Virus record (IMG/VR): IMGVR_UViG_3300031455_000001
Span: 1 to 64,000 of that record
Source of the DNA: a virus
DNA length: 64,000 nucleotides
Direction: 5' to 3' (one strand)
The translations under genes and the position numbers were made by a program. Positions 1 to 10,298 of this stretch are shown here, piece by piece; the stretch's first letter is position 1, and each line of letters opens with the position of its first letter. The notes beneath the pieces are model-generated. The model did no database searches, had not been told where the DNA came from, and worked only from the letters and a program-made list of their open reading frames with translations.

Positions 1-1
1 T

Positions 2-1540
2 GGTACACCAATTGAAATCACTGCGGCAAATGTGGGAAGTACCTATACACTAGGAACTGGCACTCCTAAAACCTTAACGATAAAAGCCAATGTTCTTTCT
101 TCAGCAACTTCAGTAACTTACATCTGCGAAACAACTTACCCAGATTCAACGACTGGATTCAATATTGTTTCTAAAGCAGAAATTGAACTGGTCAGAGTTA
201 CAAACGGTACTAATGGTACGAGTGGTGCAAATGCAATCACAGCGATACTAAGTAATGACTCTGATAATGTAGGAGCAGATGCTTCAGGTGGCGCACAAGT
301 AATCTCTGGTGTCTCTACAGCGGTTACAGTTTATGAAGGAGCAACAGATGTAACAGCATCGTGGAGCATGGGTACTCCTGTAGTCACAGGTCTAGGAGCT
401 TTAAATACAGCTTATACGCTGACAGGCACGCCTGCGAATAGAGTGTTCACACTTACAGGAACAAACCCAATGACAGCAGATGTTGCTACTGTGACTTGGA
501 CGCTGACTAGGGCAGGATATTCAAATATCGTAAAAATGTTCACCATTAACAGAATTAGAAATGGTACAGCAGGAACATCTCCTACTTTATATAGAATGCT
601 TTCCTCTGCTGGTGCAATCAAGAAAACAGAAGCAGGGGTTTACTCTCCAACTAATTTAGTGCTAGATGGTCGATCTCAGACTGGTAGTGGTACATTAGGA
701 AACTATGCAGGAAGATTTAGAATCTTCACAACTACAGGGGTTATTAACGCTTCAACAAATTGGGGTACAGCAGTTTATACTTCTTCTGCTAATGAAGCAA
801 CATATACATATCCTGCGACTGGAACGTTCCCTGCAAACATCACAGGTATTAAGGCTGAGTTCTTTTTAGCAGGTGGAACAACTACTTTGTTGGATTCTCA
901 AGTTATTCCTGTTGTCTCAGATGGTAGTACAGGAGCAAATGCAGTCTATGCTTACGTTTGGAATCCAGATGGTAACACTATAAAAAATAGCTTTGGAACT
1001 GTGAAGTGTCATATAGATGTTTACAGTGGGTCTAATCAAGTTACTGGCTCTGCTTTCAAATGGTACTATCAAGATCCAAGTGCGACAACTAGTTCTGGCG
1101 GTGATGCAGATGGTGGAAATGGTTGGAGATTAATGAATAGTGTAGCTACAGCTCTCGGTGTGACAGGCTATACAACAGATACAATCACTGTTCCAGCATC
1201 TGCAATTGCAGGATCGGAATCTTATAAGTGTGTAGTTACTTATGGTGGCGTAAAATATAGTGGAGTAACTACAGTAGTAGATTTATCAGATCCAATTATG
1301 GTAAGACTGGATGGTTTGAATGTGTTTAAAAATGGTCAAGGCACTATCACAATAAGAGCTACACTACTTCAATCTGGTGCAGAGATAGATGCGGCAGGAT
1401 CTGCTCATACTTATGCATGGGCAATTTACAATTCAGAGAATGTAAAAACAGCATTTAGTAAGACTGGAAAACAGATAGTCGTCAATGCTTCGGATATTAA
1501 TGGTCGTGGAAATCTGGTGTGTGACGTTACAAAAGTATAG
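2..1540 (+). CDS. Phage minor tail/structural protein, Ig-like beta-rich (5' end lies outside window)
   Basis: Frame is open from position 2; T/G/S-rich beta-strand composition with short collagen-like GxxG linkers (NGTNGTSGAN); lies upstream of tail genes. Confidence 0.7.
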   Translation, partial: GTPIEITAANVGSTYTLGTGTPKTLTIKANVLSSATSVTYICETTYPDSTTGFNIVSKAEIELVRVTNGTNGTSGANAITAILSNDSDNVGADASGGAQVISGVSTAVTVYEGATDVTASWSMGTPVVTGLGALNTAYTLTGTPANRVFTLTGTNPMTADVATVTWTLTRAGYSNIVKMFTINRIRNGTAGTSPTLYRMLSSAGAIKKTEAGVYSPTNLVLDGRSQTGSGTLGNYAGRFRIFTTTGVINASTNWGTAVYTSSANEATYTYPATGTFPANITGIKAEFFLAGGTTTLLDSQVIPVVSDGSTGANAVYAYVWNPDGNTIKNSFGTVKCHIDVYSGSNQVTGSAFKWYYQDPSATTSSGGDADGGNGWRLMNSVATALGVTGYTTDTITVPASAIAGSESYKCVVTYGGVKYSGVTTVVDLSDPIMVRLDGLNVFKNGQGTITIRATLLQSGAEIDAAGSAHTYAWAIYNSENVKTAFSKTGKQIVVNASDINGRGNLVCDVTKV

Positions 1541-1548
1541 TAAGTTTT

Positions 1549-1577
1549 TTGACAAATATAACAAATTATGATATAAT
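1549..1577 (+). promoter_or_regulatory. Consensus sigA promoter with extended -10
   Basis: TTGACA-17 bp-TATAAT with TGn before the -10; followed by a hairpin at 1581-1607. Confidence 0.85.
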
Positions 1578-1711
1578 TATGAGAGAGCTTAGAAATGTAA
1601 GCTCTCTTCTTTAGATTTAAAAGGAGTGTTCTATATCAATATGAATAATGGAAATATACATATTAGCAATATCGATATCGATAGTAAGAGCGAAAAAAGG
1701 ATGGTAAGAAA

Positions 1712-4700
1712 ATGTCTAATTTAATGGGTAAGAAATGGAAGGGTGGCAATGTCTCAGTCTTTGGTGAAAGGACGCTTCAAAAAACAGTTGAAGACGCCAA
1801 TAAATTAGGATTAGACACGCTAACAATTCCTGTAAGAGTGGTGGCACTTAATGCAAATGATTCAAACCCACAAATAGATCAATCTTCTTTTCAAGAAGCA
1901 AAAAATATCATAAATGGGATTGCTGGCTCTTACAATATTATCTTAGAGCCATATCCATATATAGCTAATGGAACTATTGTTGAGACAGCTTGGAACCCTA
2001 GTAACTTCAATCAGTGGTTTGTTGCTTGGGAAAATGTGTTAGTTGAACTAGCTACCTATGCTCAATCAAAAGGATTAGCAGGAATGTATATCGCAAGCAA
2101 TTTGGTATACATGGAAGGCTGGATTTATCAATGGACTCAAATCATAAATAATTTAAGAAATATCTACTCTGGTAACATTTTTTATAGAACTAATTGGTGG
2201 GTTACGGCTCATTGGTCGCAACAGCATATAGACGATTATAATGCTAAATTGAATCGTGAAATTTTTGGATTGGTCGATGTTATTGCTATTGCTTGTTATT
2301 TTGAACTGACAGCAGAAGAAAGTCCATCAAAACAAAAAATAATAGAAAACATTCATTCAACAACGCTACACGACCGTAGACAGAATGTTGTTCAAGAAGT
2401 AAAGAAATTTCACGACAGATGGGGTAAGCCGATATTTTTTGGAGAACTTGGTATTTACCCATATTCTAAAGCTCCTTCAATGCCATATGCATATAGTGTT
2501 CCGACTTTAGGAACATATAACGAACAAGTTCAAGTCAATTTCTTTCAAGCTTATTACGAGGTGTTTAAGGATTATAGTTGGTGGTTGGGATTTTCAATTT
2601 ATGCAATTGCAGATTCACAATCTCTATTCAACCCCGCTGGAAAACAAGCTGAATCTGTTATTAAAGCAATGAGTTTCGATGTTAAATCTTTAGTGGGAAC
2701 GGGTCAATTATCCATTTTGGATTTAAACGATGCTATAATTTCTGGAACACCACCAGCTAACCCTTCAAACGGAACTCTATGGGTAGATGAGAATGCGTCT
2801 CCAAAGTTGCTAAAGAAATGGAATGGTACAGATTGGATTATTATTGGAGAAGTTTCAGATGAAGGAACGGGAGATACTGTTTCAGAAATTGAACATACTT
2901 TAGGCAACATGACCAATGATAATATTATTGAGTTCAATGAAAGAAAAGTTATTAAAGATAAGATAACTGATATTATTGGATATGTTATAGCCGACACTGC
3001 AACAACTCTTCCGACAGCAACAACGTTGGATAGTAGTTTAAAAGGCGGATTACACACCGTTAGAAGATCAGCTTTAATGGCAGGGATTTCTACAACCGAT
3101 GCAAAATATGTGGCAGTAGCAACAACATACGGTAGTTTGAAAAACTATTTAGATGCCATGACTCCTGTAAAGCCTTGGGATATTAGAGAGGTAAATAAAG
3201 GTAGCATTATCAATGTTACAAAAAGCTCATTTAGAACGAATTGGTTAAATTATTATAATGCAGTAAATGATCTTGCAATATTAACAGCAGAACAATTAAA
3301 AAAGAATGTTGAAGATGTGAAATTCGGTGGAACAAATTATGCTTCCAATGGTAACTTTGAAAGACTTTTGGATAAATCATTATGGAAAGATCATTATTTA
3401 GGTCAATTGAAAGAAATCGTAGATATTTCTACAGAAGCACCTCCATTCAGATATGCATATAGAGTAAGGAATACAACAGCTCAATATGGTGGTATTTCAC
3501 AACCTACATTATGGGAAGGTCTTAGTGCAGAAGCATTAGTAGATCAAGAAATCACAATTTCTTTTTGGTTAAAATATCAAAATATTGTACAGGGTGCAAG
3601 CAACTGGCAAGCAGGGAGGTTTGGAGAACTTGTAGTAGAAGGACTAACTTCTGGAGGAGCAAAGGTGTATAGATATCCAAAAGTTATCGGTGGAGAAAGT
3701 ACATATGTAACTGGAACCAATATGACATGGGTAAAACATTCGGCAACTCTTAAATTATCTCTTCCTTCAACTGCTCTTAAGTTATCTAAAATCTCATTTA
3801 GACATTTATTAGAGACTTGTGTAGGAGAATTTTGGACAACAGGTTTGCAAATAGAAATTGGAAATAAAGTATCAGACTGGTCTGAATCACCTTACGATGT
3901 ATCTCAAAGATTAACAGAAGTTGAATTTGAGATTACAGATGAAAAGATTACACAGAAAGTAACAAGTAGCTCAAGTTATATTCAAACTATAAATACAATT
4001 AATACAAACATTAATAAGGCACAAGGTGATATTGATAATTTAGAATTAGGTGGAAGGAATTTAGCAATTGGAACTAGTTCGGTGAATTGGGGAGCATATG
4101 GTTCTAGTGCTATTTCTTTCTCAGAAGGTCTAAGATCTAAAGCAATCAAGGTAACTAGAACGGGCGGAACATCTGCATGGGGAGTACAACAAATAAATCC
4201 CAGTCAAATCATGAGACTGCAATCGGGAGAAAAATATATTCTTTCTTTTAAGATTCGTGGAACTGTTGGATTAGGTATGAATTATACCTACATCATGAAA
4301 GTTGGAAATGCCAATCAAAGTACGACTACTCCTGCAAATGCTATTGGATCTGAAACAGAGTATCAGAAAATTTCTGTACCCTTCGTGATGGGTATACCAT
4401 CAGAGTTTTCTTACATTATGATAAGCACTTCAGAGCTTATATCTAACGCTTGGTTTGAAATCACTGAAATTCAAGTAGAACGTGGTGATAAGGCAACAGA
4501 CTGGTCGCAAGCGCCAGAAGATATAGAAACTCTAATCAATCAAGCACAAACAACAGCAGATCAAGCTAAACTCAGCGTAGATGATATGATGTCAGACCTA
4601 AAAGTTACACCTATTGAAAAAGCAGAACTAGCTAGATTATGGTATAGAATCCAACAAGAATACACTCAATTATTAGCTTTAGGAAATTCGTTGACAGCGG

Positions 4701-7222
4701 TTAGCACTACCAATTTAACAACAGCTTATAATGCGCTGAATGGAACTGCGCCTAGAATACAACTAGACATATTAGCGACAATGGGTACGACTTATACTTT
4801 TGGTACTGTGACTCTAAGAGATAATTTTAAAACACAGATGAATCTTTATTTCCAAAGAGCAGAAGAGATAAGTAGAGCAATTACTGATGCGGTTAATGCT
4901 ACTGCTACTAGTGCAAAAAATGGTGTAGATGATATGATGAGTGATTTAAAGATCACGCCATTAGAGAAAACCACATTGCAAATACGTTGGAATGAAATTC
5001 AAGCACAATATACCGAATTAGCATCTCTTGCTTCTTCTTTAAGTGTAGCAACAACAACATTTAATTCTGCTTACAATGCATTGAACACAACCGCGCCAAG
5101 GATTCAAACTGATATCCTTGCAAACATGACTACAACATATACTCTCACTACAGCTACGAGAGATGCTTTCAAAGCCCAAATAAAAACATACTATGATCAA
5201 GCAGAAGCAATTAACAAAGCAATCACTACAGCAGTAAACACTACTGCAAATGACGCACAGCTTAAAGCTAATGATATGATGAGTGATCTAAAAGTAACAC
5301 CTCTTGAGAAGAATGAGTTAGATCGTTTGTGGAAACGTATACAATCTGAATATACTCAGTTGAATGCACAGGCATTGTCTGTGGGTGTTGCTAGTGCAAT
5401 TAGAACAAATTATACAACTGCTTATAATGCTTTAAATGGTGTCGTTCCAAGGATTCAAACTGATATCTTAGCGAATATGACAACAACGTATACTTTTACG
5501 GTTGCAAATAGAGATACTTTCAAAACTCAATTGAATACTTATTTTACAAGAGTAGAAGAAATTAGCACAGCCATTACAGATGTTGTAAATAATAAGATTG
5601 ACAATTTGCAAATTAGTGGAGTGAATTTGGTTCAAAACTCAACTTTTAATGATGGTCTTTGGTCTTCTAGTTCTTCAATCTTGCTCGATCCAGAAGAAGA
5701 TAAACCAAATTCTAAAATTACACAAGTGACAGCAAATAATACAGGTACTACTATTGCTGGTGCAATGTATAATCCAATCCGTAAAAAGGCAAGTGTAAAA
5801 GCGGGAGATCAAATCACAATCAGTTTAGATTTTTATTGTGCAAGCGAGGATTTAAAACCCAATCCTACTGGTGGTATATTTACATTCAGACATTCAACAG
5901 CAAGTACAGGAGGTACAGTTACATCATTTACAACTCCGACAATAACTACACTTGGAGGATACACTGATTACGGTAAATGGAGAAGGTTGTCTCAAACTTA
6001 TACTTTTACCTCAGATATAAATGATCAATGGTTGATGTTTGGACTTTATGCATCGAATAGTGTAGTTGGAACAACTGTTCAATTTAAAATACGTGAAGTA
6101 CAAGTTGAGTTCGGAAACAGAGCAACAGCTTGGAAGCTTGCACAAGAGGATATTGCAGGTCAAATTGATTATGTTATTACACAAGTAAATAATGCTCTAA
6201 TAGAAATTACAGATGAAAGCATTGTTAGAAAAGTTACAGAATCTACAACTTTCCAAAATGCTTTAGATGATAAAGCAAACGCTTCTGATATTTCTGGTCT
6301 TGCTTCTCTAGAAGATGTTGAAGGAGTAAGTGGTACTATTGATGAAAAAATCAGTGATTACAATGAGGCTTTACAACCAGAACGATTTGCATTAGGAACA
6401 GAAGTAGAAGAAACTGCCAGAGGAATTTTACAGAAGTTCTCTGCTACTGGTGGTATGAATCTTATTCGAAACTCTATTGGATATGCAAACTTTGATTTTT
6501 GGTATGGATTCCAAACAAATATTGCTCACATGAGAAGTATTAAGACAACAGAGTTAGATGCAACTGGTTATGGAAGTGGATTCTTTTTCCCACCAACTAC
6601 AGTTAATAGAAGCATGAGTCAAGATGCAAATGTTGTTCAAGGAAGAGCTTATACATTAAGTTTCGATATAAACAAAGATAACAATACAGCAGGTGACACT
6701 GGTGCAATATGGGTTCAAGTATTGGAAGGAACTACTGTTGTTGCTGAACAAAAGATATTAGGTAATACAGTTACAACAGGATATGAAAACTATGTAATTC
6801 CTTATGTTGCTACTTCTAATAAAGCCATAGTAAGAATTATTGCAAATACAGTGGCAAACGCAACAATTACTGGCATTATGTTCAGTCTTGGAGATGTTGC
6901 ATTGCAGTGGTCTTTAGCAAGAGGAGAAGCTTATAACACTAATGTTCGAATGGACTTAAATGGTGTGAGAGTTTCACAGATTGACACTTCAAGTGGTACT
7001 GCAATTGAAATTGGTTATACACAAATTTCTCCACAAGAATTTGCAGGTTATTATGACGCTGATGGTAGTGGAATTTTTGAGAAGGTTTTCTATCTTAACG
7101 GTGATGAAACCGTAACAAAAAAATTGGTAGCCACAGAAGAGATAACAATGGGAACTATTAAAATTGTAAAGCTAGATTCAGCAAACAATAAGGGTTGGGC
7201 ATTCGTTCCAATAGTACAATGA
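1712..7222 (+). CDS. Large tail/receptor-binding protein: N-terminal GH113-like TIM-barrel, CBM-like domains, helical repeats
   Basis: N-terminal ~320 aa has GH113-type motifs (ILEPYP, WF..W, LVDVIAIACYF, KPIFFGELG); four GGxNL-started carbohydrate-binding-like modules, three ending in QxExGxxxxxW; three DMMSDLKxTPxEK repeats. Confidence 0.75.
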   Translation: MSNLMGKKWKGGNVSVFGERTLQKTVEDANKLGLDTLTIPVRVVALNANDSNPQIDQSSFQEAKNIINGIAGSYNIILEPYPYIANGTIVETAWNPSNFNQWFVAWENVLVELATYAQSKGLAGMYIASNLVYMEGWIYQWTQIINNLRNIYSGNIFYRTNWWVTAHWSQQHIDDYNAKLNREIFGLVDVIAIACYFELTAEESPSKQKIIENIHSTTLHDRRQNVVQEVKKFHDRWGKPIFFGELGIYPYSKAPSMPYAYSVPTLGTYNEQVQVNFFQAYYEVFKDYSWWLGFSIYAIADSQSLFNPAGKQAESVIKAMSFDVKSLVGTGQLSILDLNDAIISGTPPANPSNGTLWVDENASPKLLKKWNGTDWIIIGEVSDEGTGDTVSEIEHTLGNMTNDNIIEFNERKVIKDKITDIIGYVIADTATTLPTATTLDSSLKGGLHTVRRSALMAGISTTDAKYVAVATTYGSLKNYLDAMTPVKPWDIREVNKGSIINVTKSSFRTNWLNYYNAVNDLAILTAEQLKKNVEDVKFGGTNYASNGNFERLLDKSLWKDHYLGQLKEIVDISTEAPPFRYAYRVRNTTAQYGGISQPTLWEGLSAEALVDQEITISFWLKYQNIVQGASNWQAGRFGELVVEGLTSGGAKVYRYPKVIGGESTYVTGTNMTWVKHSATLKLSLPSTALKLSKISFRHLLETCVGEFWTTGLQIEIGNKVSDWSESPYDVSQRLTEVEFEITDEKITQKVTSSSSYIQTINTINTNINKAQGDIDNLELGGRNLAIGTSSVNWGAYGSSAISFSEGLRSKAIKVTRTGGTSAWGVQQINPSQIMRLQSGEKYILSFKIRGTVGLGMNYTYIMKVGNANQSTTTPANAIGSETEYQKISVPFVMGIPSEFSYIMISTSELISNAWFEITEIQVERGDKATDWSQAPEDIETLINQAQTTADQAKLSVDDMMSDLKVTPIEKAELARLWYRIQQEYTQLLALGNSLTAVSTTNLTTAYNALNGTAPRIQLDILATMGTTYTFGTVTLRDNFKTQMNLYFQRAEEISRAITDAVNATATSAKNGVDDMMSDLKITPLEKTTLQIRWNEIQAQYTELASLASSLSVATTTFNSAYNALNTTAPRIQTDILANMTTTYTLTTATRDAFKAQIKTYYDQAEAINKAITTAVNTTANDAQLKANDMMSDLKVTPLEKNELDRLWKRIQSEYTQLNAQALSVGVASAIRTNYTTAYNALNGVVPRIQTDILANMTTTYTFTVANRDTFKTQLNTYFTRVEEISTAITDVVNNKIDNLQISGVNLVQNSTFNDGLWSSSSSILLDPEEDKPNSKITQVTANNTGTTIAGAMYNPIRKKASVKAGDQITISLDFYCASEDLKPNPTGGIFTFRHSTASTGGTVTSFTTPTITTLGGYTDYGKWRRLSQTYTFTSDINDQWLMFGLYASNSVVGTTVQFKIREVQVEFGNRATAWKLAQEDIAGQIDYVITQVNNALIEITDESIVRKVTESTTFQNALDDKANASDISGLASLEDVEGVSGTIDEKISDYNEALQPERFALGTEVEETARGILQKFSATGGMNLIRNSIGYANFDFWYGFQTNIAHMRSIKTTELDATGYGSGFFFPPTTVNRSMSQDANVVQGRAYTLSFDINKDNNTAGDTGAIWVQVLEGTTVVAEQKILGNTVTTGYENYVIPYVATSNKAIVRIIANTVANATITGIMFSLGDVALQWSLARGEAYNTNVRMDLNGVRVSQIDTSSGTAIEIGYTQISPQEFAGYYDADGSGIFEKVFYLNGDETVTKKLVATEEITMGTIKIVKLDSANNKGWAFVPIVQ
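4577..5610 (+). repeat. Three tandem ~115-aa coding repeats in the tail protein
   Basis: Units start at about 4577, 4925 and 5267 (DDMMSDLKVTPIEK / DDMMSDLKITPLEK / NDMMSDLKVTPLEK ... AYNALN..PRIQ.DILA.M.TTYT). Confidence 0.9.
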
Positions 7223-7248
7223 TAATTAGATAAAAAGGGGATTTTTGG

Positions 7249-9639
7249 ATGGCTTTAAACGGAAGTTTTGGTACAAATATAGGTAGTCATTGGAGGTTGC
7301 AGGTCGATTGGTCTGCAACTCAAAATATATCGACAAATACCAGCTCAGTCACAATGAGACTTTACTGGATGGCTACTAGTGGATATGGTGCAATATCCTC
7401 TAGTGCCTCAAAAAGTGGTTCACAGACATGTAATGGATCTACTGGTAATTTTTCTGGTGCAAATTTAGCAAGTCTGAGTGCAAATCAAAAGAAACTAATA
7501 AATACTCGCACAGTAGCCGTTGTTCATGATGCAAATGGTACAAAATCTTTTAATATGAGCGCAAGCTTTAATCCTGCTGTTGACTTAGTTGGAGTGGGTA
7601 TGCAAGGAAATATTACTATCTCTGGTAGTGGAACATTAAATACAATTCCTCGTGCTTCATCATTAACATCCAGTGCTTCATGGACAGCTCCTAATACTCT
7701 AGCGGTATCAATAAATCGAGCGTCATCATCTTTTACTCATGAGTTAAGGATTCATGTTAAAGATAGTGGTGGAACGAATAGATTAATAAAAACTGTTACA
7801 GGTATAGGAGCATCAACCACTGTTACTTTTTCTACGGCAGAAAACACAGATATATTCAACAGGTTGGCACAAGCGACCAGTAGAGGCACATACTTAGAAC
7901 TTATAACCAAAAGTGGTTCAACAACTATTGGGTCGAACACATACAGCGGAACTTGTACATCTGCAAATAGAAGTACAACATCGTTCACTAGAACTTTTGA
8001 TATAGGGGCAAGTATTGCAGGAAGTATAAGTAGAAGTAGCAATGCTTACAACCATACTATTCAATTGATCTTTGGAGGGTCAACATATACTATATTGAAT
8101 AATTCAAGCACTGTTAGTTGGTCTTATGCGACATCTGCAATTGCTACAGCGTTATACAATCTGACACCAAACGCTAATTCTATGAATGGTAAGATAAGGA
8201 TTTTTACTTATTACAATAGTGTGCAAGTAAGGGCTTTTGCAGAATCAGACATAACTGCGAGAGTTGTAAGCAGTAATCCCACTTTTGCAACTGGATACAC
8301 ACATAGAGATGTCAACACCACCACAGCAACATTAACTGGAAATAACCAATACATAGTACAGAATAATTCTAGTCTGACAATTGACATACCAGTGGCTAGT
8401 AGGGCAATAGCTAGAAATGGTGCAGTAATGAGAGAGTACATAGCAGACATTGCAGGAAAATCAGTTAAAGGAAATTGGTCAAATACAGCTATTGTAACAA
8501 TCAATGTCGGAACTATTGACGCATCTAGTAACGTAACTCTAAGTGTTAGAGCAGTTGATAGTAGAGGAAATTCTACAACCGTAGTTAGAACAATATTAGT
8601 ATTGCCTTACTCCCCTCCAACAGTTATTACATCTTCAAAACGTGTCAATAACTTTGAAGCTAGTACACAAATAAGACTTAGTGGTAGTGCTTCGGCATTG
8701 GCTATATCTGGCTCAAATAAAAATGCTTTATTGAAAGCGGTTTATAGATTTAAGTTAAGCAGTGCATCAACTTATGGTTCGGAAGTGTCATTTGGTGCGA
8801 CTGGATTCCCTAACTATACTGCAACAATGAGAACAATAAGTTTAAATCAAGAATTAGCCTATGATGTTCAAGTTATTGTACAAGATAGACTTGGTACAAC
8901 AACTCTCACAAGAACTGTGCCAATTGGTAGACCGATATTTATGATCGATTCTGCTTTAAAGTCAATGGCATTCAATGATATACCGTCTCGACCAGATGAG
9001 TTTTTGGTGAATGGTAAGATTGTTTTTGGTGCTGACCAATGGGCATCAACGACAGGTGGGGAAGATGGTACTGGTGGTGGAGCATTGCAAATGAACAACT
9101 CAGATATCACTGGCGCCAACGGCATATTTTTCAATGATGTGGCTGACAACAATGGAGAAGGTTTGTTGTTTTTAAAAACTGGCAATCCAAATAATAGCTC
9201 TAATAGAGCGCACTATGACAACTTTAGAATATATGATGGAGTGGCGTATCTCAACAATCAACCTGTTTTTGATTCTAACAGTAAGATGATATGGGATGGA
9301 TCTGTTTTTATGCAAGGAAGTCAATCTTATAATCTACCAAATATAAATACAGCACCTAATGGATGGGCTTTTGTTTGGAGTAGATATACAGGAGGTTCTG
9401 CGTCAAATGCTTTTTGGAATATAGTTCATGTGCATAAAGAGTTCGTTCCTTTGGATGGTGGTGGAGGTATGGTTCATACTCTAGGCGGTGGAACTAGCGG
9501 TACAATAGCGGGTACAAAACCTATATTTAAATATTTATACATAAATCCAACAAATATTAGCGGTCATGATAACAATAATAATGCTACGGCAGGTATTGAA
9601 ACTAATTCAATGGTTTTAAGATATATTTTCACATTCTAA
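7249..9639 (+). CDS. Siphovirus minor tail/baseplate protein (DUF859-like)
   Basis: WSATQNISTNTS and TIPRASS motifs and C-terminal LRYIF ending typical of DUF859 proteins; position in tail module. Confidence 0.75.
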   Translation: MALNGSFGTNIGSHWRLQVDWSATQNISTNTSSVTMRLYWMATSGYGAISSSASKSGSQTCNGSTGNFSGANLASLSANQKKLINTRTVAVVHDANGTKSFNMSASFNPAVDLVGVGMQGNITISGSGTLNTIPRASSLTSSASWTAPNTLAVSINRASSSFTHELRIHVKDSGGTNRLIKTVTGIGASTTVTFSTAENTDIFNRLAQATSRGTYLELITKSGSTTIGSNTYSGTCTSANRSTTSFTRTFDIGASIAGSISRSSNAYNHTIQLIFGGSTYTILNNSSTVSWSYATSAIATALYNLTPNANSMNGKIRIFTYYNSVQVRAFAESDITARVVSSNPTFATGYTHRDVNTTTATLTGNNQYIVQNNSSLTIDIPVASRAIARNGAVMREYIADIAGKSVKGNWSNTAIVTINVGTIDASSNVTLSVRAVDSRGNSTTVVRTILVLPYSPPTVITSSKRVNNFEASTQIRLSGSASALAISGSNKNALLKAVYRFKLSSASTYGSEVSFGATGFPNYTATMRTISLNQELAYDVQVIVQDRLGTTTLTRTVPIGRPIFMIDSALKSMAFNDIPSRPDEFLVNGKIVFGADQWASTTGGEDGTGGGALQMNNSDITGANGIFFNDVADNNGEGLLFLKTGNPNNSSNRAHYDNFRIYDGVAYLNNQPVFDSNSKMIWDGSVFMQGSQSYNLPNINTAPNGWAFVWSRYTGGSASNAFWNIVHVHKEFVPLDGGGGMVHTLGGGTSGTIAGTKPIFKYLYINPTNISGHDNNNNATAGIETNSMVLRYIFTF

Positions 9640-9652
9640 GGAGGAGAAAGAT

Positions 9653-10231
9653 TTGAGAATAATTTTTTTAAGTCTAGAAGATTCTGGCGTGGTCAACGGA
9701 TGGTCGGGGGTTCCTCCCGCTATAGGAAATTTTATAGAAATAGAAGTAGAGCATGATCATCCTATATTAACAAGCCCAAATCACTTCAAGATTGTTGATG
9801 GCGAACTTGTAGATGATGGGGTTAAGGTTGTATTGAGAGCGCAAAGAGAAATAAAGGATAGAGAGTTAAATGAAAATTGTGAAGAGGAAATTATCAAAGG
9901 TTTTACTTATACTCATCAAGGTGTTCAATATCTATTTCCTTTAGATATGAAGGCACAATCAAGATTTCAAGGCGCAAAAGCTCTGTTTGATGACGGTATA
10001 ATTGAACAAATGAATTGGACTGCCCAGATAGTAGAAACCAAAGAGTGGGTTAGGATACCTATTACTAAATCAATAATGAATCAGTTCACTTTAATTATTG
10101 CATCACACATAGATTCTAAAATCAGTAGATACAGAGAGGTTTTATTGCCCTTAGTATCCTCTGCCAATACAGTAGAGGAAATTGAATCTATCCATTGGAA
10201 CATGGATTTAAACTCTCAGCAAATACAATAA
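9653..10231 (+). CDS. Tail fibre assembly/chaperone-like protein (DUF4376-like)
   Basis: LNENCEEEIIKGF and C-terminal ANTVEEIESIHW; directly follows tail protein. Confidence 0.6.
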   Translation: MRIIFLSLEDSGVVNGWSGVPPAIGNFIEIEVEHDHPILTSPNHFKIVDGELVDDGVKVVLRAQREIKDRELNENCEEEIIKGFTYTHQGVQYLFPLDMKAQSRFQGAKALFDDGIIEQMNWTAQIVETKEWVRIPITKSIMNQFTLIIASHIDSKISRYREVLLPLVSSANTVEEIESIHWNMDLNSQQIQ

Positions 10232-10239
10232 ATAATTAC

Positions 10240-10274
10240 ATAACTGCCACTGATGAGAGCTTAGTGGCAGTTAT
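10240..10274. other. Stem-loop between tail and lysis genes
   Basis: ATAACTGCCACT...AGTGGCAGTTAT inverted repeat; no clear U-tract on + strand. Confidence 0.6.
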
Positions 10275-10298
10275 AAAAAATATACAGGAGGAAATAAA

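Noticed and set aside
4577-5610. Diversity-generating retroelement TR/VR pair
   Set aside because: Repeats are in-frame protein repeats, differences are not adenine-specific, and no reverse transcriptase is present
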